A DNA stretch of 56,892 nt, taken from positions 1 to 56,892 of the forward strand of contig CAZXWC010000003.1 in NCBI GenBank assembly GCA_964644525.1, in the 5' to 3' direction. The DNA comes from an uncultured Peptostreptococcaceae bacterium (GTDB lineage: Bacteria > Bacillota > Clostridia > Peptostreptococcales > BM714). A model generated the notes under the pieces. It was not told where the DNA came from. It was given only the letters and a program-made list of their open reading frames with translations, and did no database searches. Position numbers and translations under genes: made by a program. This document shows positions 56,837 to 56,892 of the stretch, in pieces; the stretch's first letter is position 1, and each line of letters opens with the position of its first letter.

Positions 56837-56892
56837 GTGGATACAGTAAAAAAGATAGATGTGCTTCGAAGCCGCTTGAAAGAAGCGATAAA
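56837..56892 (+). CDS. panC: Probable pantoate--beta-alanine ligase N-terminus (3' truncated)
   Basis: RBS AAGGAGG, GTG start, MDTVKKIDVLRSRLKEAI...; position after panB. Only 18 codons are visible. Confidence 0.6.
   Translation, partial: MDTVKKIDVLRSRLKEAI

Noticed and set aside
1-56892. Selenocysteine or pyrrolysine read-through, frameshifted genes, CRISPR arrays, tRNA/rRNA, transposases
   Set aside because: Genes ending in TGA or TAG appear full-length for their families; no spaced repeat arrays, RNA-gene signatures or transposase motifs seen by eye

Overview
This 56.9 kb window comes from a low-GC Gram-positive anaerobe with Clostridia-like sigma-A promoters, SLH proteins and T-box/ECF systems. 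Its gene content suggests an amino-acid-fermenting (Stickland-type) organism. Almost all genes are on the + strand. In order: (1) the end of an NRAMP-like transporter, glnA and an OFA-type MFS transporter; (2) an amino-acid-sensing histidine kinase and sigma-54 activator followed by two sigma-54-driven units, ortAB (AKP thiolase, with no ord/oraSE/orr nearby) and an NhaC-family transporter; (3) a four-subunit 2-oxoacid:ferredoxin oxidoreductase; (4) a LytS/LytTR pair with madL-madM, an MBL-fold hydrolase and a class III CoA-transferase, but no malonate decarboxylase; (5) a roughly 10.7 kb cobalamin-riboswitch operon encoding a DUF4430 lipoprotein, ECF T/A/S, an alpha-barrel SLH protein and a 1689-aa SLH protein with three alpha-barrel+Ig modules and a DUF4430 domain, which looks like a bacterial transcobalamin-like B12 capture system; (6) a GGDEF protein with a CGDEF variant, EamA, a flavodoxin-like protein and murI; (7) an ammonium transporter under a complete T-box riboswitch with an Asn (overlapping Glu/Asn) specifier; (8) a small conserved protein with an ArsA/GET3-like ATPase, a DUF523 protein and a Zn/Mn ABC ATPase+permease; (9) tig-clpP-clpX-lon-engB; (10) DMT, a rubredoxin missed by the ORF track, an aminopeptidase, a GNAT, a MacAB-like exporter and MscS; (11) a structured, terminator-containing leader upstream of a panG-like gene, panB and panC (partial). 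I saw no rRNA, tRNA, CRISPR array or intact mobile element. All family assignments are from motif recognition by eye, not database searches.
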